From NCBI RefSeq assembly GCF_000485595.1, contig NW_014577079.1, positions 924,212-944,211 on the forward strand: a DNA stretch of 20,000 nucleotides, written 5' to 3'. Under the pieces are notes generated by a model. That model saw only the letters and a program-made list of their open reading frames with translations. It was not told where the DNA came from and searched no databases. Source of the stretch: Priapulus caudatus (Eukaryota). The position numbers and the translations under genes were made by a program. Below are positions 1 to 11,221 of this stretch, in pieces. Position 1 is the first letter of the stretch. Each line of letters starts with the position of its first letter.

Positions 1-493
1 AACTCAACAATAATTTTTAACTCCAATTTAAAACAATATAATATAGTTTCTTGGAGGCAAGACAGGCAGCTGCCTCAATAATCTGGAGAAAAATATAATA
101 AAAATGCAAGCGTTGTGAATATCGATCATCAGGTAGTCGTCCGTGCCGCACTCGTCGCGCCACACTATACGCACGTCGACTGAATGGGGGGGGGGGGCTC
201 TGGCTCGTTATTATTCATTGAACTGGGTCACGAAATTTCGTTTCTATGGCATGTCTATAGTATTTGCTACATATATACTATATGATTTTGTTGAATGTAT
301 ACAAATTTGCAGAATCGTAGAAATATAAGAAATACATCTCTTAGTAGAGAGCAACGAATCTCTATAGAGAATATAGTTTGGTGTAAAAAAGTGGATCCGA
401 TTGTTTTTCCTCAAATAAGTGTAAAGAGCTCAATCTTGTACACATTTGTTTCCCATTGGCCCGTGATAGTATATTGCAGATGCGAAGTATAAT

Positions 494-530
494 CAAGAGT
501 GGATAATAGAGTCTCTATTATCCACTCTTG
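494..530. mobile_element. 37-bp perfect palindrome with 7-bp TSD (P-superfamily-like footprint or mini-MITE), copy 1
   Basis: GTATAAT|CAAGAGTGGATAATAGAG-T-CTCTATTATCCACTCTTG|GTATAAT. Confidence 0.85.
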
Positions 531-604
531 GTATAATGTATGATCTCGAACAACAAGAATAAATTTATTATAATATACAGTTACAATAGATAGTACCTAC
601 TGAG

Positions 605-2258
605 GCTGAAGGGGTCGTTGTCGTATCAGGTTCTACAGATATGTACCCGAAGTACGTATATGTATACACAAGTGTACCAGACCTGTATCTTCTCAGCATA
701 TAGGTACCCTGTGTTTACATAAACGTACCTGCCCCTGAGATGAAGATCGAATGAAGACGGGCATGGAGGAAGAGTAGGGGGCAGGAGGAGGAGGCGGAGG
801 AGGAGAGGAGAAGGTGATTGAGTAGGGGGAGGAGGAGGAGGGGAGAAGGAGGAGGAGGGGAGGAGGGAGAGGAGGAGGAGCGGAAAAAGTAATGAAGATC
901 GAATGAAGACGGTCATGGAGGAGGAGTAGGGGCAGGAGGAGGAGGAGAAGGAGGAGGGGAGAAGGTGATAAAGTAGGGGGAGGAAGAGGACGAGGGGAGG
1001 AGGAGGAGGAGGAGGAGCGGAGAAGGTGATGGAGATGGAATAAAGACGGTCCTGGAGGAGGAGGAGGGGAGAAGGTGTTTGAGTAGGTGGAGGAGGAGGA
1101 GGAGGAGGGGAGAAGGTGTTGGAGTAGGAGGAGGAGGAGGAGGAGGAGGAGGAGGAGGAGGAGGAGGAGGAGGGGAGACAGTGATAGATGAGCAAGAGGT
1201 GAAAAGGTGATCCTACCTATGCCCCCCTACTCTCCCTCCATCCACTTCTCCCTCGCTCTCCTCCCCCTCCTCTCCTCCTCCCCTACTGCCTCAATTCTCC
1301 CCTCTGCCTCCTCCGTCCCTACTCTATCACCTCCCCCTCCTCCTCCTCCCCTACTCTAATCACGCTCTTCCTCTCCTCCTCCTCCTCTCCTCCTCCCCTC
1401 TTCCTCCTCTTCTTCCTCTCCCTACTCCTTCCTCCATCGAGCGTCTTCGATTTGATCTCTCCATCCACCTTCCCGCTCTCCTCCTCCCGCTCTCCTCCCT
1501 ATCCATCAACCTTTTCCCCTCCTCCTGCCTCTTCCCCCTACTCCTGTCCCTTGTCCGCTCCTCCTCCCCTCCCTCCCCTACCCTCACTTCTCCCTCCTCG
1601 CTCCTCATCCTGCCCCCTTACTCCTCCCCAATCGACCGTCTCATTCGATATCACGTCCCCTTCCTCCCGCCTCCTCCTCCCCGTCATCCCCTTCGCTAGC
1701 CCCCCTACTCTTCACCTTCTCCTTCCTCCCCCTCCTCCTCTCCTCCTTCTCCTTCCTGCCTACTCCTCCGTCCATTGACCTCATTCGGATCTCATCACGC
1801 TTCCCGCTCCCCTCCTGCTACCTACTCCATTTACCTTCTAACCTTCTCCTTCTCCCCTCCTACCCTCTCCTCTTCCTCCTCCCCTCCCTCCTCCTCCTCC
1901 TCTCCTCCGGCCCCTACTCCATCACCGTTCTCCCTCCCCCCCTATCCATCACTTCTTCCCCTCCTCCTCCTCTCTCCTCCTCCTCTCTCCTCCTCTCCGC
2001 TCTCATCTTCCTCTTCCTCTCCTCTCCTCCGTCCTCACTCCTCCTCTGCTCCTCTCTCCACACCTCCTGCCCCTACTCTTCTCTCACCTCTCATGACGTC
2101 TTCATTGCCGATCCTCTCATCTCAGGGCAGGGTACGTTATGTAAACACAGGGTACATTATAATGCTGAGAGAGATACAGTCTGGTAACTTTGTGTATACA
2201 TATACGTCTCGGGCTACATTCTAGGTAGATACCTGATAACGACAACGACCCCTTCAGC
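605..2258. mobile_element. Foldback-like non-autonomous element: long inverted arms with complex outer domain and GGA/TCC-rich inner repeats
   Basis: 605-~770 (GCTGAAGGGGTCGTTGTCGTATCAGG...) is the reverse complement of ~2090-2258. Purine tract switches to pyrimidine tract near 1212. Flanked by CCTACTGAG (596-604) and CCTACTCAG (2261-2269). Confidence 0.7.
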
Positions 2259-2445
2259 TGCCTACTCAGCTCATTTCATATGAAAAAATACCGATTGCAA
2301 GTGCCCCACTTGCCACAGGCACTTGGCCTGTTTCATAATAAAATAATGGTAATACAATACAACTTGTCCAGTACTAGACGTACGAGTACCAGTAATAGTC
2401 TTAATGGTTTGATTTAATGTAATTAACTTCACGTTCAATACCGAT

Positions 2446-2455
2446 NNNNNNNNNN
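2446..2455. other. Assembly gap (10 N)
   Basis: Run of n; the following 2456-2590 resumes the TCC-rich repeat seen at 1213-2090. Confidence 0.99.
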
Positions 2456-3629
2456 TCTACTCCTCACTCATCACCTTCTTCCTTCCTCCCCTTCTCCTGC
2501 CTCCTCTCTCCTCCCTCCTCCTCCTCCTCCTGCCTCCTCATGCCCCCTTACTCCTCCGTCCATGCACATTCTCGCCCTCCTCCTCCTCCAATACACCGCT
2601 GCAACACATAGCGCGCAATATATCCCGCAACGCCATCTGCACATTTTTATTAATAAATTAAATACAATATTAGTGAAATAATATAGACGCAGTGTCGCGT
2701 ATCACAAGTAGTGCAGGTTTCCAACGGAATATATTCACGCTCTTATAGAAATATTAGTAGTAATTTGTTATGTAAATGTTAATCGCATCCATTTTAAAGA
2801 CGAGACTACAAATTTTCAGAACTTTTTTCTCTGGGATTTGGGGGCAGGGGAATAGCTACACCCGCTAGATCGTAGAGTAGGGATGGGATATAGGGTATGG
2901 ATTAAAAGCCTAATAAATGTAAATGCCGTAAAGTACGTTTAAACCAACATGTAGTCATACGAAACGCCAAGTCTCATACACTAACCGCCTCCGTCGTCAT
3001 CACTCGGCAGGATCAAGAAATTTGACGTAGGCCTATACTTGACGCTCCTTATTATACATTCTGTGACTGATCTATTACTTCTACCATGCACTCATTGCGC
3101 CAAACATCGTGACAACAAACATCAAAATCCCTCTATTCTTTTATAATCCTCTCTCTTTTAATACAGTAAAAAAGCAATGATATTTACAAGTTTAATCGAC
3201 ATACTTGCTGTCGATGCTGTAACAAAAAATAGACATATGTATCTAGTTGTGTAGACATGCTACATTACGACTGTGATAGCACTTAAAGTAATCTTAAATT
3301 ATTAGCCATGCATTAACCAGTTAACTAAATCTGGCTGATGGGGATAATGCGTAAATGACACCGTGAAAGCAATAGCATGGATACCCGGGGACTCGAGATT
3401 ATCCAATACTTTTCAAGGACTATCGTCAGCTGACCGAACAGTAACCTACCTTGATATGTAGCTGGTTTTTGTTCGCTGATTCTTTATGCCACAACAACCG
3501 CATCTTTATATGCCATTAAGAACCAGACCATTTTCGCGACGAGCTTAACAAAGGGCACTTTATGATACGCATCTGCAGGCCTATTTTTTGTTGTGCCAAA
3601 TACCTATACTTACACACACATAGCAAGGG

Positions 3630-3631
<2 letters not shown>

Positions 3632-3666
<35 letters not shown>
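3632..3666. repeat. (TA)n microsatellite
   Basis: Perfect dinucleotide run. Confidence 0.97.
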
Positions 3667-3669
<3 letters not shown>

Positions 3670-4380
3670 AATTGGTGCTAGATTCCTATATTGCTAGATA
3701 GATAAGACGCACAACTGTCGTACCGACTCGTACGTTGTATAATATAAGGCATCTAATAATAGTTAGGCCTAGTAACAAATAAGCGGTTACATTACTTGCG
3801 ATTTATACTCGCTATGTCGTTAATTACAAACACCCACGCACACACGCACACTCATACTCACACGCTCGCGCGCGCATGCATGAACACACTATCTAATAGT
3901 ACATATCGCGTAAATTGAATGTGTAGTACAATTATATGTTTATAAATGACGATATGTAGCCGATTCTACACACTGCAATGAAAAACATACACGCACATAG
4001 AAAATCATCTATATAATGCGGTTATATTATATATGTTATATATATATATGGCCTATGTGTTCCTCTGACCGGCCCCTCCGATTTCATAGAAAAAAATCGC
4101 AAATGCATAATAAACGTAAACCACACTTCAATATGCAATAGATAACACGTCAAAATGGTTTGGCCAGCCCAATCTTATTCATTTTTGTTTATTTTATTAG
4201 CTTTACATTTCGTTTATATCTTGAAAATACAGAAGTTTACTTTTACACAGTTTGTCATCACCCATTTTTTTCATTTCTGTCAATTTCATTCATTTTATAT
4301 TTAATTTATGTCTTGAAAACCTAGAAGACCGTCACGTACACCACTGTCCAGATTAATATTTGCCCAGTTACGTAACCAAA

Positions 4381-4384
<4 letters not shown>

Positions 4385-4463
<79 letters not shown>
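4385..4463. repeat. (CA)n microsatellite
   Basis: Perfect dinucleotide run. Confidence 0.98.
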
Positions 4464-4465
<2 letters not shown>

Positions 4466-4863
4466 ACACCTCTCCGTATAGGAACTTGTTACGAGTTTTA
4501 TTCGGTTTTTCCGTTTCTCAGGTAGGAATTTGTTTACGGTTCTGATGTAACAATTACCGTGTATAGTAGTAGTACCCAGTGTTTCTATTCCGTTACAACC
4601 TGTCAAGCTTACCCATCGACTCACTGAACGGTAAATATTTCCCTTTTTCCAAAAATCTTGACGTTAGATGTCAGCGGAAGAAGCAAATAAAAGAAGACGT
4701 TGTGAAGACGGTAATAGCCGTAATTCCGCGCGGTCACCTATAATCTTTTGCTCCGGCATTCGTCTACGCCACTCAGGCGGAAACCAGTCGGCCCTAGCGA
4801 CCCACTTTCTCTCCTCTTCTCAACTCTCGCTTTTCATCTGCGCTAGTAGTTTGCTGTGCGATG

Positions 4864-4958
4864 TATAAAAGCCGTCGTGTTAGAATGGAGGCACTTCTCG
4901 AAAAAGAACCGAGCGAAGTGCATCCGCTTTTTTTCGGCAATTTCTAAACATGGTACGT
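4864..4958 (+). promoter_or_regulatory. Candidate core promoter and first exon ending in ATG
   Basis: TATAAAAG at 4864, Inr-like GCACTT about 29 nt downstream, AAACATG (ATG 4950-4952) immediately followed by donor gtacgt. Confidence 0.4.
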
Positions 4959-7380
4959 AGTATATTAATGTTTTGGATGAGCATGTGCATTCTTGTGAAT
5001 CGCGCTGATAATAGAGCATAATAGAGGTGTTATTATTAGTAGTAACATAACCAAAAGAATTATCTGCTTATTATTCATTTACTTTCTGGTAACAATAACA
5101 GTGCTAGGCATGAATTACCCTGGAAAACTTGGAATATAATGATTAATTATGAAGTAAACTTGGATACTAGTGAATAATTAGTGATCATGGTAAGCCTTTT
5201 TATTTGATCATGGTACGATTTTTATCTAATGCACAATAGTACATTCATTTTCATCTACCGATGTAGATGTAGAAATTTATTTTCGAGTGCGAGTCTGCTA
5301 TTATTACAAAGCGTGGATTTTAGGATGAGAACTTACGATCGTTTACATCATTACTAACGACAACATTTATGGAATATATGGTAAGAATTAATTTTTGAAA
5401 GCTTCCCATGTAGATAAAGAGAGAGAGGGTGAGTAGACATAAGCGAAGAGGCAAGGAGAGAGAGGAGATGAGAAACAGACAGACACACATAGAGCGAGAC
5501 AGAGACAGAGGAACAGAGATAAGAGCCTGAAAGAGAGAGGAGGGAGGCGCGTGAGAGCGAGCGACGAGCGTTAACAGATTATTTTATCTATTGAATAATA
5601 CGGTAAAAATTTAATGAAATTAAAAGATTCAATAAAAGGTTCAATGCAATTAACTACCCACTAGTCTCAATTGGCACCGAGGTGCAGCTTGACCACTTGC
5701 TTTGGAAATCTTTCTGTTTTTTTATTACGTTGGGAAATCAAGTTTGCTGTAGAAACGGTAGCTACGGTAAATGCGTATCTACACAATTAACGCAACGTCA
5801 CGTCAAGTTATCGTATAAATCTAGATGCTATGAAGGACCTGTTCGTGTTAATGCTACGCAAATGGCACAACGCGAAAAAACTCGATTCGTGAATTCTATC
5901 ATGCATTGCATCTCTTAACTGCGAGGGTTATACTTATATGTAGACTCTTTTTAATTGTTTAAACCAGTTCCCCTAATACCGTTTGCGTACGTAGAGTTGG
6001 CTCTGGGTAACGACGATGGGGAAGTCTAGGGATATAGCTAGTGGTCATTATGAGAATGTCAGCATATGCAAGCGAAAGTCAACTTAAGCGGAAAAGTAAA
6101 TATTAGACATTTTCAACGAAACAATGTAATGATAAAATGTGTGCGCAAGGTTTAGATAGCGAGAGTGTAACTAGCTATACAAGCACTTCTAACGAGTAAT
6201 CGTGCTGCTTCAACCTTAATCCGTTAACCGCGTAGTATATATATATACCACCTAAAACATATGCCGAACTCACTTATTGACGGCTTTATCTTTGGTGTCT
6301 GAAAGGCGCATATAGACGTAATTTAGGAACATCCGAGGAAGAATAAGACTACTCGTGGCCAAAATGAAGACGCTCTCGCGCGGATGTGCGCGCGCGAATC
6401 CACGCTGTGCTACATTTCAAACACAACGACGTCGAAATTAGCGTTATTGGCGACGAAAATCTCATAGAATTGGCAAGATGTTCATACAATTAGTTCGAAG
6501 GCCGACTAACGACAGCGAGGCGGAGTAGAATGAGTGAGATAAAATCAATACGCGCACACGGAATCACGCAAATTTGCTCTCCGTTAAATATCATGCGCAC
6601 AGCGGGAGCTCCCTGGAGACAGAGTTTTAGGATATCATCGACTAAATTCAATGCCGTCTAGAGTTGGCTTTAGTTACGCCCTAGATTTTTGACACATTTG
6701 TGTGAGCAGTAAAAACAGCCGTTCGCGAATACGGTTACTAGACAGTAGCGAATTACGCTGCGCGTGCAATCCTGCCTAAGCTTCCAGATATTTCGTGAGT
6801 GTCCGTGCAGAAACTGGGACCGGTTTAGAGGCCTTCCAATAGTTTAAGAAATCAAAATTTATGAATTCATGCACAATTCGGTATACGGAGTTATGAATTC
6901 GGATATCGGAAATGGGAATTATGAATTTGGCATTTCGAAATAAGCAATTTTATCAGACCATGCAACTTGGTCGTTCTATAACATGTTGATGATACATATA
7001 ACATGTGATATTAGATGGAGATAGCACATAGAGAAGGACATAGCTAATTAGCAGGTAAAATCAGCTAAGCAGCGTATCTATCTCGCACAGTGTGCTTCAA
7101 TGTATTATATTGAGGGTGACGAATCGCAGTACAACATGCAGAGAAGCTTTAATTAACTAGACTGCTAGGTGTTGCTTACTAACGTGGTCGATACACATCA
7201 AGTCCGCGCCCGCGGACAGCGTCTAACATCTACTACACCATTGTCTTTAGTAGTATAGATCCACGTACCCCATTACTCAACACAAAGCGTCAGGCGCGGT
7301 AGAACGATAGATAGTGGTCGAATACGAAAAAAATAACGTAAAAAGCGCAGTGTCAACCGTATATATTGCGTTTAATATCA

Positions 7381-7921
7381 TTATTACCGCTGCCAAGGGA
7401 TTGGCAGGAGGTTATGTTTTCATCGGCGTGTGTTTGTTGGTTTGCGGGTTTGTGTACAGCCTAACTGAAAAAGTTATGGACGGATTGTCATAAAATTTTC
7501 AGGATAGGTCAGAAATGGGCTAGCTACTTAGAATTGATGAGATTTTGGTGGTGATCCGGATCCAATTAATTAATTAATTAATAACATTTTCAGGATAGGT
7601 CGGAAATTGGGTAACTTAGAATTGATGAGATTTTGGTGGTGATCCGGATCCAATTAATTAATTAATTAATAACATTTTCAGGATAGGTCAGAAATGCGGT
7701 AACTTAGAATTGATTACATTTTGATGGTGATCCGGATCCAATTAATTAATTCATAAAATTTTCAAGATAGGTCAGAAATGGGCTAACTTAGAATTGATGA
7801 CATTTTGGTGGTGATCCGGATCCAATTAATTATTTAATTAATTACTTAATTAATTAAATTTTTCACAGTGACAGAATTCAGCTGCCTTGGCGGAGGTCTG
7901 CGCTCTCTGAGTGCTCTAGTT
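7381..7921 (+). mobile_element. Helentron-associated (HINE/DINE-1-like) non-autonomous element with 4 central ~88-bp tandem repeats
   Basis: 5' TTATTACCGCTGCCAAGG..TTGGCAGGAGGTTATGTTTT, a GTTT-type microsatellite, tandem units (CA(G/A)GATAGG at 7500, 7591, 7679, 7763), 3' subTIR CCTTGGCGGAGGT (7885-7897), hairpin GCGCTC-TCT-GAGTGC, end CTAGT. Confidence 0.8.
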
Positions 7922-7963
7922 ATTATTATTATTATTATTATTATTATCATCATCACCATTATT

Positions 7964-7996
<33 letters not shown>

Positions 7997-8070
7997 GTCA
8001 TCATCACCGCCACAACCACCATCATTATGATCATCATCGCCGTCGTCGTCGTCGTTGTCGTCGCTGTTGT
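7921..8070. repeat. Compound trinucleotide microsatellite (TAT)n-(CAT)n-(CGT)n
   Basis: Successive triplet runs directly after the HINE-like 3' end. Confidence 0.93.
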
Positions 8071-9308
8071 TTTTATCATATACTACTTATATTATATGAT
8101 TATGCTCGCTGTGCTTTATATTACTATGGCCATGTCACTTATATAATGATTATATCTACTATCATAGCCGATCCCATCGCGTACCGTCTCATACAACAAT
8201 TATATTAATAAAAATATAATTGCATTGAACTGATGCACAGTATATGCAAAAAATCGTAGTCATGTCGGTAGGACTGGGCAACACCGTATAGGACGCACCT
8301 CAGGAATCAACTGAGTCTGTGCGTAACAAGGCTGTGTTAACGAGTTACGTGAACAAACGAGGACAGAAGTTCGTGTTTGTTCGCAGCTACGCCACTGCCT
8401 GATACTACTGGCCGTTGCCATCGCCAGCAGCGTCGCCGTCGTGCCCTTTGACCCCTACCATCATCACGTCGCCGTCTCCACGAATCCGTCTCCGTATTAT
8501 CGCTACCACGCAGGTACGCATCTTCGTCACATTTTCACGCGGAATATAGATTTGTAAAAAAAAATACACAGAGCGTAAGTATACCCAGCGTTTCTTTAGC
8601 ATATCTTTAACCGTCTACCTGGTAAAAATGTGTGTTTAGCGTAGCCTACATGTAGTTAAAAGGTTAAAACATCCTAGCGATTTTTTCAGAAACCAAAACT
8701 GTTCCAGATTCGCATAAAAAATTACTTACCATAGCAAATGTAGAGAGTCGTAATTAAGTGTTCGCATACACCGAACAGTAAAATATATGTATAATGGAGA
8801 ACATTAACTATAACGAGATGAGAAAAAAAATCACATCATTTTTTATTTCGTGATTGCGGTTTTGTCGAAAAAACGAGATTTTCAAAAAAGCGACATAGTC
8901 ACTCGAGCTCTACGGCCGTCCGTAACAGATCCGACACTAGACGTGCCATTTGTCCATCTCAGAGCAGCAAGAGCGACAGCGAAATGCAAGATGATTACGT
9001 CTGAAAAGACGCCATTGTCGTATCGTTGCCCGTCCCGACACTTAATTTTCTCTCGTCTACTGTTGCCTAATATCCATCGGCGCGTGTTTTGCCACAACCT
9101 TTTAGCGAGTTATATCGCCGGGAATTTCCTGAAATTGGAGTGAGAGTTGCGGTCTGAGTAACGCGGTAACTGTCGCTCCGGGGTTGCCGAGATGTACGCG
9201 GAGATACTGAAGACGCGCGTGCGATACCGGCTGCAATAATGCACACAACGAGAGATTATTATATAGTCCAGTTCACACGCGTGCGATGGTAGATTTTATG
9301 GCAGGCGC

Positions 9309-9396
9309 TATAAATACATTAAATGCGCCAGCTGACATTTAGTTGAGGCTGCGCTGCATTCGTCCTTTCCATAAAATAATCTGCAAGAGAGTAAGT
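9309..9396 (+). promoter_or_regulatory. Alternative candidate core promoter and non-coding first exon
   Basis: TATAAATA at 9309, Inr-like TTAGTT with A at 9341 (32 nt downstream), consensus donor gtaagt at 9391; no ATG in 9341-9390. Confidence 0.3.
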
Positions 9397-9943
9397 CTGT
9401 ATACGCGCCACGAGTAATGTTGTCGGAAAGGAGATTATACTGCGACTACAATTAGGAATATGCTATAGCCGTAAAAACGACTGTCAGCGATGTCACAAAG
9501 GTATTATAGCATTGCGGCAAATGTATGAACACTGGAACTTGGGCAAAGGATCAATGATTGCATAAAAGATGTCTACCTTTACGGATGTTTGTTTTGATAC
9601 GCCATCAGATATAATGTTTCGCACAAATTAGCACGGATTTATTTACTGTGTAATCAAGTTTCGACTTTCTTAAGGAATAAAAGGTTAGGATTACGAATAA
9701 AACTACGAGTAGGCCTAATCACCGTTCTGAAAACGACCTCAATGATTGTAATTAACAACAATAAATTTCCTGCTGTGTAAATGTACCTCGAGTAGCGATT
9801 ATGATGAAGAATTCTACTTTTTTCAATTTATCTAACGCGTGAAGCAAAGCAAATGTTTCAACCTTCACAGGAGCCTCATGCAACCCCATGATTTTTTGCA
9901 TTGGGTGTTCTGAGTTCAGAGTAGTTTCCGTCTTGTGTTCTAG

Positions 9944-10052
9944 CGCACGATTCCTGTCACCCGAATCCGTGCTACAATGAGGGACAGTGCGTGAAAAAAG
10001 ATGGAACCTATGACGTCACCTGCACTTGCCTTCATGGTTTTGTTGGAGACAG
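9944..10052 (+). CDS. Coding exon, EGF1 (C1-C5)
   Basis: Acceptor tttccgtcttgtgttctag|CG (phase 1; in-frame TAG at 9922 excludes upstream extension). Encodes HDSCHPNPCYNEGQC...CTCLHGFVGD. Donor AG|gtgtgg, phase 2. Not in the ORF track. Confidence 0.88.
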
Positions 10053-10185
10053 GTGTGGTTTCAGATTCGTAATATAAATGTTATGACCGATCGCAATCAT
10101 CCTGATCATTTCTCTAACGTTACATATATTGTGTATCTGTATATATTTATTATTCTCTCGCTCTCTCATTTATATATTATTTATT

Positions 10186-10450
10186 TATTACCTCCGCCAG
10201 GGGCTTGGCGGAGGTTATGTTTTCACCGGCGTGTCTTTGAGTGTTGGTTTGTGTGTTTGTGGGTTTGTGTGATACCATGCACGTTTCAGTTCACTTCCGC
10301 TAGGTGCGCTGGCTGTAGACTTACAAACACGCAACCACAGGCTAAGGGGCAACCACAGTCCTCCCCACCTGCATGCTCGCACTAATCCGGATCCAATTAA
10401 TTATTTAATTAATTAATTAATTTTTCCACTTAATTAATTAATTAATTAAT
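10186..10450 (+). mobile_element. Second, partial or divergent HINE-like element (intronic)
   Basis: TTATTACCTCCGCCAGGGGCTTGGCGGAGGTTATGTTTTCACCGGCGTGT matches 7381-7430; ATCCGGATCCAATTAATTATTTAATTAATT (~10385) matches ~7814-7843; 3' end unclear. Confidence 0.7.
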
Positions 10451-10811
10451 AAATACCACCACGTGATAGTGCGTGATCGTTATGTACGCTATATCATGAC
10501 TGTGGGTTTTGCACGCAAACATTTCTCGCAAAGTATGGTCGAGCCTATCGCTCTGTGTGCCTATTGCTCTGTATGCCGCATGGGCAGATGGCGTATGTAC
10601 TTCGCTGCCTTTTGCTGCCCGTAAAATCCCTTTGAGGCATCCCTAAGTGTCTTCCGGCGGCGGTGTTTCTTTACGGCCTCCACTCCGCATTTAATTCCTC
10701 TAATGGTTAGCGTTTGAAGCGACGAATTGCCGAGGCGCGTGGTCGTGGTTATGACTGCTTTATGCTTGCATGTCGGCTTTGTTGCTGCTAGCTCTACACT
10801 ACGTATGCTTG

Positions 10812-10814
<3 letters not shown>

Positions 10815-10876
<62 letters not shown>

Positions 10877-10894
10877 GTGTGTGTGTGTGTGTGT
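10815..10894. repeat. (GT)n microsatellite
   Basis: Near-perfect run ending about 35 nt before an exon acceptor. Confidence 0.98.
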
Positions 10895-10929
10895 GAGTGT
10901 GCGTTTCTGAATTTTGATTATTATCGCAG

Positions 10930-11043
10930 ATGTGAATACGAGATAAACCCTTGCCATCCAAACCCATGTGAAAACCACGGCACCTGCGTACGCCACGGCT
11001 ACGAAGCGTTCTGTAAGTGCGCCTATGGATTCAAAGGAGAAAG
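10930..11043 (+). CDS. Coding exon, EGF1 C6 + EGF2
   Basis: cgcag|A TGT GAA...; CEYEINPCHPNPCENHGTCVRHGYEAFCKCAYGFKGE; donor AG|gtattt; 114 nt, phase 2-2. Confidence 0.93.
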
Positions 11044-11221
11044 GTATTTCCACTATTCAGTATTCAGAGCTCATGCTAACCCAAGTAGGGAAGGTATTGC
11101 TAATGTATAATGACGTAACTAACAGTTACACCGGTTGCCGTGTGAACATGTTGAACATGACCTCGCTGGCTGTAACATTGTCGAGTGTAACCGCGTAGAT
11201 ATGACATAGCCATGGAGCCGT

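Noticed and set aside
626..2224. Pro/Ser/Leu-rich ORFs (626-1195, 1360-1608, 1452-1778, 1775-2224)
   Set aside because: Translations of the GGA/TCC low-complexity arms of the inverted repeat; not conserved in frame between arms.
605..2258. Inverted repeat as a pure sequencing fold-back chimera
   Set aside because: Not adopted as the main call: symmetry stops at a defined boundary flanked by a near-perfect 9-bp direct repeat. It is not fully excluded.
7490..7850. CRISPR-like regularly spaced repeats (also 15753-16618 and 14804-15440)
   Set aside because: Units are contiguous tandem copies without unique spacers; eukaryotic context and no cas genes.
9871..9943. Acceptor at 9870 with ATGs at 9878 and 9888 as the gene start
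   Set aside because: Both ATGs are out of frame with EGF1 and the EGF frame has TAG at 9922; 9943 is the better acceptor.
10727..10929. Signal-peptide-like start of ORF 10727-11110 (VVVVMTALCLHVGFVAASS)
   Set aside because: Lies in the intron after the EGF1 exon and reads through a (GT)n tract; the nearby donor would be phase 1, whereas the next exon needs phase 2.
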